Shown in pieces: positions 14,001-24,779 of a stretch of 64,000 nucleotides of DNA. A program made the position numbers and the translations under genes. The DNA lies in contig NC_047076.1 in the NCBI RefSeq assembly GCF_902459465.1, positions 7,874,001 through 7,938,000 of the forward strand, given 5' to 3'. This DNA comes from Asterias rubens (lineage: Eukaryota). The notes under the pieces are model-generated. The model ran no database searches and was not told the origin of the DNA. It worked only from the letters and a program-made list of their open reading frames with translations. Positions within the stretch are counted from its first letter, which is position 1; every line of letters begins with the position of its first letter.

Positions 14001-17000
14001 GTGGCGTGTCATGGTCGAGCGGTTAAGAGCACCGGGTTCAAGCTCTGGTGTTTGATCAGCAGAGTGTGGGATCGAATCCCGGTTGTGACACTTGCTACAT
14101 AAAATTGGGGAGGTAGTACTTTCTGCTCTACCGGCCAGGCTTCGGATTGATGATACCCAAGCCTACATCTGTATGGACTGTAAAAGGGGTAACCCTGTTT
14201 CAGCCCTAGGAGTAGGTGGCAATAGCCTCTGGGGAAAAAAAATTGTAGCCCACACCTTGAAGTGGCCCTCAGGCCTTGTGTGTCTGGCAACTTGCAAAAT
14301 AAAAACAAAAAAAAAACCTGGTGATTTTTAGTATGATTGGCTGCAGAGTGCTAACTGTTACATAGCGCTATGTAAATAAATGAGTCTTATAATTTTAACA
14401 TTATCAGCATGCCTGAAACCCTGTGTTGCTTCTGTTCTGTTTTGTTTGATAATAAGACTGGTAACGCGCACCAATCCACCCTGCGGGGTGTTTTAATAAT
14501 AATAAAAATTTCTAAGGAGTTTTATAACTGTATACTCTGTATTATGTGTTGCTTTTTACCGAACTGTATTTTGTGTTTGCGTTAAGCACTTTGATGCCTA
14601 GCATAAGGCGCTATATAAATCCCTTTTTATTTTTATAACTATTTATTTATTTTATCAACTAGATGAAGAAGCTAAAGAGGTCAGGAGTCAGCTCAAGGGA
14701 GCCAAGAGGTCCGCTGCTGATCTTGAAGAAAAAGTCAAAGAAATGATTACAGCAACCGAGGATAGTAAGTGTATAATAATCAAGCCATCACTTTCCATTG
14801 TTCTCACTTAAAGGCAGTGGACACTATTGGTAATTGTCAAAGACTAGCCTTCACAGTTGGTGTATCTCAACATATGCATAAAATAACAAACCTGTGAAAA
14901 TTTGAGCACAATCGGTTGTCGAGGTGCGAGATAATAATGAAAAAAAAACACACTCTTGTCACACGAAGTTGTGTGCTTTCAGATGCTTCGAGACCTCAAA
15001 TTTTTTATTCAAATTCGTGGAAAATTACTTCTTTCGTCGAAAACTACGTTTCTTCAGAGGGAGCCGTTTTCTCACGATGTTTTATACTATCAACCTCTCC
15101 CCATTACTCGTTACCAAGTAAGGTTTTATGCTAATAATTATTCTGAGTAATTACCAATAGTGTCCACTGCCTTTAAAGATGAAAGATAGTCCAGTAATAC
15201 CTTCAAGTCTTGTTTCCATACATTCTTGTATACAACAGGGCTCGCCTACACTTGACAATTGGCCCGAGGCCAGTGATTTCATTATCGGGCCAGTAAACTC
15301 AAGACAGGACAAGTTCAGCAGTCTTGGGGTTTTCAATTCAATATTTTTGTCTCAAAAGAATGCTGTTCAAATGTTGAGCTTGATCTTACAATCCTGCTTA
15401 GTATCACTCAACAATAATAATAATAATAATAATAACCTTTCTCCAGAAGACGATCAGAGCATACTGATCGAAACATTTGAGTTGAAACCAACGGTTCTTT
15501 TCAGAACCACCCCAACTCATTAGAGATAGTCATTACATGGTGTCACAGCAAACCTTTCTATATCGTATTTCCACCATGCAAAGTTTCAAATCCTACTTAA
15601 CCTTATTCATGTTGAGCTTTTTTACAAAATTTATACGAAGCACTTGAGAAAAACAAAAGCAACCAAACTACAAAACTACACGTTTTACAAACACTAACAA
15701 TGCAATTAACAATAACACAAACTAGAGTAACTTAGGATAGAGGTGGATTTTTAATTGGGATATGAAGGAACTCATGGAACTGTTAAAATGAACAGATTGA
15801 GGTAGACCATTCCAGCATAAAGCAAGAGATAAATCTTCTGGAATGTTTTGTTCAAACAAAATAGTTGAGATGACAAAACCATGTTCTCATTTTGATTCTA
15901 GTCTCTTTTCATTTGGGCGATATCACGATATTATCGAATATCGCTATACTAATTTGGAAACTATTTCGATATCGGATCGATTTGGTTTTAATCGCAATAT
16001 CAATATATCGCGATATATCGCGATGTATTGCGATATCGATTAAGTATCGCAATATCGCAATGTATTTCCTACTTGAGACATCTTGCACCCCATAGGTTTG
16101 GAGTAAAACCAGAAGAATAGGTCATTAGAACACCTCTCTTATGCTGTGACTGTCTCTTCTACAACTTTCACTGGGAGTTTGAAAACTGATGATGTCAAAT
16201 CTAATTAATCGCGATCATATTGAATATCGCGATATATTGTCAGCGATATATCGTGAATAAAATAAATCGATATTGCCCAAGATGAAATCCCTGTCTAAAG
16301 ACTCTGAGCTACAAGCCCTGCAGTATTGTGGACTTTCCCCAAAAATGTGTAGACTCACACAAGTGTCATTAATCAACAGTTTGACAATTTTAAACACTTC
16401 TTGTTGATGTATTACTCATTGTGAAATGAAGAATAGTATTTCTTGTTTTAACCCTACAATAATGTGCGGTAAGCACTCTATGCTCTGTGCTTTTCCTAGT
16501 CCTGTGATAAAAATCCATAGCAAAATACGGGCGGGATTCAAACCCTCCACGACCACCCCCATTTTAGGTTAAATGTCTTTACCAATAGACCTAAGCTTGC
16601 CCAGAGACAAGAGACCAGTTCGAGTTCAGTAAGATAAAAAGTTCTGTTTTAAATCTTGACAATTACTTCAATTTGGTTTCCCTTCCTTTACAATGTTAAG
16701 AAACACTCCAAGCCAAACTGGAAACTTTTGAGAGCAGACTTGAGCAAGTCCAAGAAGAGATGGCCACCCTCCAGCAGGTTGTTGAAACTAGAAGTCAATC
16801 ACTGTCAGAGCTTGAGGGGAGTGACCTTAATGTCCAGAATTTCCAGCAGAGGTTTGAGAACGAGGTTTGTACCCTGTTACTAGTATTGAGTAAAGCTAAA
16901 ATAGAATATTCATGAAACCTCTGAATCCCTATAAAAGAGACCAGCAGCTGATTTCACAAAACGCTAGGATTAAACCTGTCTCGAGTTAGGACGAGTAACT

Positions 17001-20000
17001 AGTCCTAACTTAGGATTAATCTTAAGGTTTACTTGTTACAGTGCAAGTCCTAAGATTAACCATAAGTTAGGAAGATTTAGGTGAAATCGATGGGTGCTTC
17101 TCAAACAGTCTCCTGACGATGACAACGGCAGGCTAGTCGAAACATGGAGACTAATGAAGAACTCACTGTGCTCCGCTTAAGCAAAAGTAGTAATCCCAGT
17201 CACTTTCCTACCTCGACCCAAGCAGTAGATTAAGCAGAACAGCTCTTTTCAGAACTAATTAGTCTCCCGAATTCTGAAATATTCTCCGCGGCACTTGGGA
17301 CACTAAACAGCTTCTAATGCAAGTTGTCACAACTCTCTCAGTATTCAGTTCTCGGTGTTACTGAAAAAGGGCGCCCTTACATAGATGTGAAAAGAAGGTT
17401 GCTTATTGGCTCATCCTATCTTATCATTATTTCATTATCATTTTACCTCTGGGATGACGTCAACGGGCCGCTGATCTATCGAAAGGAAAAGCCATCAAAC
17501 TATATAACAAAGCTTTCTCTTGTCTCAATATTAGACTGCCGAGTTACGCCTAGCTGAAGAAACATTGTCCAATTATCAACCACTGTTATCACGCCTGAGG
17601 GAGGGAGTTGCAGACATTCGAAGCCAATGTCAGGAAACACAGGCAGAGACTGAACTAGCTAGGCAAGCTCTGTCTAACTTGAAAGCGAGCCAGCTGGAAA
17701 ACCAACAGCAAGAACAGGACAAGAGAAAATGGTAATCAGGACTAGAAAACAAAATCTAAATATTCCTTTTTATCTGGTGTTTATATACATTTTTGTAATG
17801 TTTCCAAATTCCTGTTTCTTAATACTAGTAGTGATAATACAAAGAAAGACACTAACTTCTTGTTCAGAATAGTATAAAGTGCTTAAACCCAAATTATACG
17901 GTTGGTTTTTCGAACTGTTTGATTGTTTTAATCATAATATAAATGTAGATGTATAAAATAAAACTAACATCTGTAAGTTTCATTTCAATATAAGTTATCA
18001 CACGCACGCTCGTGGAATACAAAAAAATGTAGCGCTTCTGCGTCCCATATATCCAACGAGGCCGTAGGCGGAGTTGGATATGGGACGCAGACGCACTATA
18101 TTTTCTCGTATTCCAAGAGCGTGTTAAAATGAATTTATCTTCCAGTTTCACATGCAACGCGCAAAGCTTAAAATTTCAGAACGTTGTTTCGCGACGAAGC
18201 GCACAAAGTTAGAAGGTAATTTTTCCACTGTTCGTATACGGAGCGTGACGCATTGACATTCACAATACACACTGTGTAATAAAAACAGAGGAAGTAGTAT
18301 ATATGTTTTTATCCCCCCTCCAGTTCAAGCATCTGATTGGTGGATTAGCGCGTACTGGAAGATAAAAGGTGATGTCACGTTTTTTAAGATATTGCCGAAA
18401 AACCAGAGTGAATATTTATTATATATCCAGGAAGGAAATATAATCCCTGATGGCACTACACAATCTGATTCAAATTTTTGGGCATAAAAACTGTCTTTTT
18501 ACATAACCACATTATCTCAAAGTGAAATGATTCTCTAAGTGCTTTATACTATCAAATGCTGCTGTAGGCTTTTTACCAAATGTTTAATTACCAAACGTAT
18601 ACCTTCCCTTTAGTACACATTGGTGTAAGGGTAAACAAAAACAAGTTATCAAAGTTTATCAATCTTATCTTTAGGTGTGACTCAGCTTACCAAAACCTGG
18701 TTGAACTTACGGGCGTCTCAGAGCGATCGCTCGGCAACGATTCCTGGACATTAGAGCTTAACACAGCAGGTTGTAGTTTAAGCGACAGAGAGGGCATGAA
18801 GGCTGTACTGACGTTGCACTTTAAACCAGGCACTGCCGAATGGGAACCTAAGACGCTGAGCTCAGCCACAGTAAGTTTGTCTTTACGCTTGGATCAAACC
18901 AGTCAAAAACATCTGCTAATATAAATGTTAAGTTGTTCAGGAATGCAAGTTTTTGAGATAACGGCAAACAAATTCTGGAGCGATTATGTCCATGCAGGAA
19001 GAACAATCAGTAGTTGGAATACTCGGTCTGAGATACGTATTGACAGTAAACCCTGGTTCATACTTCCTGCGAACGCTTCGTGCAATGCGAAGTGTCTTGC
19101 ATCACAAAATGAAAAACAGGGTGTACCGATTATGATTGCATCACAAAACTTTGCATTGCATTCGCAGGAAGTATGAACCGGGCTTTATGATTCTCAGTTT
19201 TTAAAGTTAGAGGAGGATAAACACTGATTTGATTGACAGGCAGGAAATATAATCCCTGATGGCAATACACAATCTGATTCAAATTTGTTGGCATAAAAAC
19301 TGTCTTTTTACATAACCACATTATCTCAAAGTGAAATGATTCCAAAAACACTTTGTACCATTGAAAGCTGCTGTACTTTTATTGCCATTTATTTTTTAGA
19401 GTGATTACCTTTTAAAGGCAGTGGACACTATTGGTGATTACTCAAAATAATTATTAGCATAAAACCTTACTTGGTAACGAGTAATGGGGAGAGGTTGGTA
19501 GTATAAATTATTGTGAGAAACGGCTCCCTCTGAAGTGGAGTAGTTTTCCACAAGTTTGATTTTGAGACCTCAGATTTAGAATTGGAGGTCTCAAAATCAA
19601 GCATCTGAAAGCACACAACTCAGTGTGACAAGGGTGTTTTTTCTTTCATTATTATCTCGCAACTTCGATGACAGATTGAGCTCAAATTTTCACAGGTTTG
19701 TTATTTTATGCATATGTTGAGATACAGTAAGTGAGAAGACTGGTCTTTGACAATTACCAATAGTGTCCAGTGTCTTTAACAAAGATGCATATTGGTTGTT
19801 CAGATATGTAGGCCAATCTAACTTTAAAGGAGTTCCAACAAGCAAGGACATGTACATTAAATATTTTGTATCATAACTGTTTCATTCCCCCCTTTAGATT
19901 GATATTGAGACGCTGGACATTTCAGATCTTGTAGCAGAGGGAGTGAGAAAAAATAACATTGCTTTCTTAGTGTCTGCTGTGATGAAGAAACTTAAAAATC

Positions 20001-21619
20001 ATGCACCCCTATTCATGGAAGTGGAACAGCTCCGCCATCAGTGAGTTAATAGAGAAAGCTACTTTTTAGGGGGGGGGTGTCTCTTTGGGAAATTACAGTG
20101 AGGTCTTTAGGATAAGTGGCATTTGATGGAGTTAAAGTGAAGTTCAGCCCAAAATATTAAAAAATGATAGTTTGTCCATTGCGGCAAATTACTTACTCAT
20201 GGTTTCTGTAATAAAAAATAAAAGATTCCCAGCCATTTTCACTTTAAACTGCTTATAAAACAGCCACGTTTTGGCATAGAAATGATGATTTGGTCTCTAA
20301 AGCTTTGAAATGTCAAATTATCCTACAAGCTTTTTCTGGTCTTGCTTATTATTCTTAATAACCTTTTGTTTGGTTGATGATTTTCTCTAACCCTTCTACT
20401 GTCTGACTATTCAATAACATCCACTGTGGTTTTGTACGATAGATCAATGCCAGCCTACAATGATTTTGTGTGTTAAATATATCTGCATAGTGCACAGTCA
20501 ACCCTCCTACTGTCTGACCATTCAATGTCATCCATGTGGTTTTAAATGCTAGATCAATGCCAGCCTACAATGATTTCCTGTGTTAAATACATTGTACAGT
20601 ACACATGTCAACCCTCCTATAACAGTCTGACCATTCAATATCATCCACTTTGCGTTTTGAATGATAGATAAACTATATACCACCCTGCAATCTGATCTCA
20701 AGTCACAAGAATGTTTTTCACTGTTGTTTTTAGGTATGCCATCGACTGGCAGAGTGAAGAAGGCATTCTTCGAGTCATTTTAGGCGATAGCGGGCACATT
20801 GTCTGTACCCTCTCTGTGGCCACTGGACCCCTAGGGTTGACCCTCACCCAGCTGAAATCAGTAGAGGGTGCTTCCAAACACCCACCCATCGAGGAGTTGA
20901 AGGTGAGCATTGCTTAGCACAAGTTTAATCTCATGTGCCATTTTCCCATTACAGGATAGCTCCTTTAAAGAAAGAGGCTGGAATAAAACATCCTTTTCAT
21001 CTGACAACTCACACCTGTTATCCCCATGTAATTCCTTTTCCAAACAGTGGACTTAATTGGATCATGCACAAACCAGTAGGGCTGCTGCCTGCCCCAGCAG
21101 GCAGATTAAGTGCTCATCCATGAAGTTTAATGGCCCAGTTCAATGTTAACTCACCCACTGGTGAAAAGGATGTTTAGTTTCCAGGTTTCGTGGCGCAACA
21201 CTAAGAAAATCTTTACTGGAGTTTCCCTGTAAAGCAGTTTTTTTTTTAAATTAGGCCAAATTACCATAACATACATGAAAGACCTGGCGTTTATTTTACA
21301 AAGAACCAAAACTCATCTTAGGGTTTTTCTAATATCATCGGGGTGATTTGTGTTAAAACCCTACAACTGACTGCAGTAAAGTACCATAACTTCCTGTCAT
21401 CAATTTGTCAGGATTTATTCATTTACATACAATCACACTCTGCCTGAAGAATGTAGTTGGTTTCTAATGTATTATTGCCTCGCAAATAATTGCATTACCT
21501 GTTTGACCTGTACACTGAAAGTATTAGACTATTTTTTTCTTTTTTTCCAGCCACCTCAAGAATCACCAAGGATATCGGAATGGCTGGAGTACTTGAAAGA
21601 AGCTGTACACAACTTTTAG
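11050..21619 (+). CDS. Coiled-coil + putative tandem-RWD kinetochore-like protein (Zwint-1/Sos7/Kre28-like), 448 aa; exons 11050-11126, 11761-11878, 12553-12664, 14663-14764, 16701-16864, 17535-17731, 18675-18870, 19898-20040, 20734-20902, 21551-21619
   Basis: Ten GT-AG exons chain with matching phases (2,0,1,1,0,2,0,2,0) into one open frame of 1347 nt. There is a long heptad-rich region, then WCDSAYQNLVELTGV followed by two beta/alpha modules (…EVEQLRHQYAIDW…). The gene model is solid; the family call is from motif memory. Confidence 0.8.
12018..12200 (+). mobile_element. tRNA-derived SINE with a V/Meta-like core; reverse relative at ~10640-10725
   Basis: GGCGCAGTGG A-box, GGTTCGAATCCC B-box and a GTGGGTTTTCC…GGTTTTCCTCCCAC core. 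Confidence 0.65.
12864..13541. mobile_element. Harbinger-like non-autonomous element, ~680 bp, CWG flanks
   Basis: CTG|GGCCCAGATTAATGGCTCTGCTTACCG … CGGTAAGCAGAGCCATGAAATAATCTGGACC|CAG, with a GC-richer unique interior. Confidence 0.6.
14808..15176 (+). mobile_element. Kolobok/T2-like MITE family A
   Basis: Same TIR and internal sequence, with TTAA on both sides. Confidence 0.85.
15412..15435 (+). repeat. (AAT)n microsatellite
   Basis: AATAATAATAATAATAATAATAA. Confidence 0.9.
15914..16325. mobile_element. CGATAT-rich hAT-like non-autonomous element, in two blocks (15914-16070, 16205-16325)
   Basis: GGGCGATATC start and many CGATAT/ATATCG subterminal repeats. Confidence 0.45.
16945..17095. 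mobile_element. Palindromic MITE (GATTTCACAAA…TAGGATTAA…GTGAAATC family); related copies at ~42005-42180 and ~37410-37540
   Basis: Shared GAGTTAGGACGAGTAAC…CTAACTT core and inverted ends. Confidence 0.55.
19043..19183. mobile_element. Tourist/Harbinger-like MITE (…GTTCATACTTCCTGCGAA TIR); related copy at ~33912-34108
   Basis: AAACCCTGGTTCATACTTCCTGCGAA / TTCGCAGGAAGTATGAACCGGGCTTTA inverted ends occur at two loci. Confidence 0.6.
19412..19779 (-). mobile_element. Kolobok/T2-like MITE family A (reverse)
   Basis: Same TIRs, internal sequence in reverse orientation. Confidence 0.85.
20385..20660. repeat. ~120-bp minisatellite, ~2.5 copies; related unit at ~34255-34400
   Basis: Repeated AACCCTCCTACTGTCTGACCATTCAAT…AGATCAATGCCAGCCTACAATGATT. 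Confidence 0.75.
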
Positions 21620-21737
21620 AACAAATTGTTCACTTCAAGAAAAGGCAGTATATACATTAGTCAAGAGTGACCTTGTGTATGTCCGAGTCTATTATTTTGA
21701 CGTTTTTTTTGGTCCTATTCAAGCTATATTGTTAGAT

Positions 21738-22210
21738 ATCTTTATAGCAGGGGTATACTTTAAAATACCCTGTTCAGGATATTTGGCACAGACTTCTGCA
21801 TTGTATGTGATCTTTATAGCAGGGGTATACTTTAAAATACCCTGTTCAGGATATTTGGCACTGAGACTTCTGCATTCTATGTGATCTAAAAAGCAGGGGT
21901 ATACTTTAAAATACCCTGTTCAGGATATTTGGCACTGAAACTTCTGCATTCTATGTGATCTATAAAGCAGGGGGTATACTTTAAAATACCCTGTTCAGGA
22001 TATTTGGCACTGAGACTTCTGCATTCTATGTGATCTATAAAGCAGGGGTATACTTTAAAATACCCTGTTCAGGATATTTGGCACTGAAACTTCTGCATAC
22101 TATGTGATCGTTAAAGCAGGCAGGGGTATACTTTAAAATACCCTGTTCAGGATATTTGGCACTGAGACTTCTGCATTCTATGTGATCTATAAAGCAGAGG
22201 TATACTTTTA
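21738..22210. repeat. ~74-bp tandem repeat, ~6.4 copies
   Basis: Unit AGCAGGGGTATACTTTAAAATACCCTGTTCAGGATATTTGGCACTGAGACTTCTGCATTCTATGTGATCTATAA, starting at 21747, 21819, 21893, 21967, 22042, 22120 and 22194. Confidence 0.95.
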
Positions 22211-22435
22211 CTCTGTTTGGGATATAATACTTTTTTTGGCAGGGGGAAATTTTTCCCTTGTTTTGATAGACTGTTTAGTAGTAGGGGTTTTTACCCAGTT
22301 GGGATATACTTATTTTGGCAGGGGGACTTTTGCCCTCTATAGGATCACATGGTTTTGCTCCTCTAGTTCTGATATTTAGCTCTATGGTTATACTGTTAAT
22401 CTGGTAGAAGTATACACGTATGAAATACTATTATA

Positions 22436-22660
22436 GACAACTTATAAGAATCTTATAAGAATCCTAAAAGATTCTAATAAGAATATTACAAGAAACTGTA
22501 TTGAACTACTAAAGAACAGTCTTACGCGAATTGTATTAAGATTCTTATAAGATTATAAGAACCTGTATTGAACTGCTCAGAGCAGTCTTATAAGATTCTT
22601 ACTAGAACCTTTTATGAATTTTACATGTAAAGTAGTCAGATCTTATAAGAAATATACCAG
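22436..22660. repeat. Degenerate CTTATAAGA/TTCTTATAAG palindromic low-complexity repeat
   Basis: Repeated CTTATAAGAAT / ATTCTTATAAG motifs on both strands. Confidence 0.6.
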
Positions 22661-23583
22661 GATCTTATGTTATGTATGATACACAAGACTTATGTACACT
22701 ACACTGGGGTCAACATATGACTAACTCTAAAGTATTCGATGAACCCAAACCATCCACTGAAACACAAATCAGCGTTGCATGAGACTAGCAGGGCACTCTT
22801 TCAGAAACATTAAAAAAAACTGTCTCTTAGCTTTGCCCAGTTTCATAGAGCTGCTTAAGCAGACAATATTGCTTAAAAATATTCTGCTTAGGAGACATGA
22901 GTAATATACCAGTAACAAGTTTTACTTGTGCGAGCTTCCAACTGGTCTTTCTAATTTGATGAGGGATAGACAAGAGTGGGCAAATCTCAACATGATTCCG
23001 ACCTCCGTCGGCTATGAGAAAGAGACGGACGTTTTACCCATTGGCTCATTGAAGATTACTGGTCACATCACTATATCAACACATGTAAAGTCACATCACT
23101 ATATCAACACATGTAAATAATATAGAAGTCTTTTTTCAAAGGGTCAACTGTGTATAAATTAAAGTGTGTACAAATGAAATTAACTAGCATATCGATCCAC
23201 ATCAGGTTTATTTCAGCATTTAGCTTTTAAAAGTTTGTAACTAAAGAGAATCATTTGACTGTCTTCTTAATATCTTTGAAAATAAACCTCAGAGAGAAGA
23301 AGAAACATATGTGCCAAAATATCTGTTTTTGTCCACAGTTGAATGAATTAAATATTTGGGAACTGTTGAGTATATTTTGAAGAATGAACCATACACTGAA
23401 GCCATTCTAAGATTCATACAAACTTGTAAGATGACGCCACTGAGATTTATAAAGGCATTATTAAATGCTTGTATGGCACACTCAAACAAATTCGACAATG
23501 ACTACCCCAAAAATTTCCGATACTGAAAGTGAGAATGAAAAATGAACAAAACTTTATAAAATAAAAAAAATTGGAAAAATACG

Positions 23584-23656
23584 TGCCCCGTGTGAGGCTC
23601 GAACTCACGACCTTCAGATTATGAGACTGACGCGCTGCCGACTGCGCCAACGAGGC
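23584..23656 (-). tRNA. tRNA-Met(CAT), elongator type
   Basis: Reverse complement is GCCTCGTTGGCGCAGTCGGCAGCGCGTCAGTCTCATAATCTGAAGGTCGTGAGTTCGAGCCTCACACGGGGCA (73 nt). It has a full cloverleaf, intact A/B boxes, and is near-identical to metazoan elongator tRNA-Met. A TTTTT Pol III terminator follows a few nt downstream. Confidence 0.96.
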
Positions 23657-23950
23657 ATCTGTTCACGATGGTATTTTTAAGGTTTATATACTTTTTACTA
23701 TTTATAAGTGCAAAACACGCAAGCGCAAAAGTAGCTTTTTTTCGCTGGTAACTTTTTAGTGCATGTAATATGATGGATACGCGTGAACCAGTGAAGCAAT
23801 TAGAATTCTGTTACTCATATGTGGTGCACAACGAACAAGGGGCCGGTGTTCTCAACAATTATTTTGGTAAGGTTTTCATGATCTTTTAAAAAGTATTAAA
23901 GGAGAGAATACCTCCATTTTAAACTTTAGATAGTTGAAAAATGGGTAAGG

Positions 23951-24082
23951 GGAAAAGTTTCCGTATGGCGCCACCACTTTTTCATTCGCAATAAAATAAT
24001 ATAGTATCTAATTTACCTGATTGATATATCCCTTTTTGTAAAAATGAGTGAAAAAGTGGTGGCGCCATACGGAAAGTTATCC
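23951..24082. mobile_element. 132-bp palindromic Merlin-like MITE
   Basis: TIR GGAAAAGTTTCCGTATGGCGCCACCACTTTTTCA / TGAAAAAGTGGTGGCGCCATACGGAAAGTTATCC, with an 8-bp TSD GGGTAAGG/GGGTAATG. Confidence 0.75.
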
Positions 24083-24389
24083 GGGTAATGTGCTCCTGAG
24101 GTTTTTGAGCGCTTGAAAGCTACGTTTTATCAAAATGTCTCATTTGTCTGGGCCGGCACCTTACGCCGTTACGGTTTCCGCTTTCAAATTCATGTGGAAA
24201 GGTCAACTCGACCTGACTGAGTATTGCAGTTTTTGTTTACCCCCCACCCTCCCCTCCCCCCCAACACTATTTTAGTATTTGCTAGTGCTGCAGATTGATA
24301 ACAGCGTTCTTTAAAAAACACCTTTGTTGTGTTCTGAGTGAGTGATTATAGCAAAAGGAATTTTTTTATATTATTAACATAAATAAAAT

Positions 24390-24683
24390 GGATAACTTTC
24401 CGTGTATGGCCGCGCCACCACTTCACTCATTATTTACTATTAATTAAAGAGGAATATTAAAGGGATATCTCATTGAGGTAAATTAGAGGAAAAGTTTCCG
24501 TATGGCGCCAACACTTTTTCATTCGATATTAAATAATATAGTATCTAATTAACCTCAATGAGATATCCCTTTTTGTAAAAATGAGTGAAAAGGTGGTGGC
24601 GCCATACGGAAAGTTATCCAAATTAGAAACTATATTATTTCATATCGAATGCAAAAGTGGTGGCGCCATACGGAAACATTTCC
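24390..24683. mobile_element. Merlin-like MITE with a second copy (24488-24619) nested inside it
   Basis: The inner copy is flanked by a perfect AAATTAGA duplication; the outer copy is decayed. Confidence 0.75.
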
Positions 24684-24779
24684 CCTAAAATAATTGAAGT
24701 CTTTATTGATTATTAAAATTTGATTGTTTTTATTTATAAAACATGCTGGAAAAAGTGTAGGGGGACTTGTAAAAAGTTG

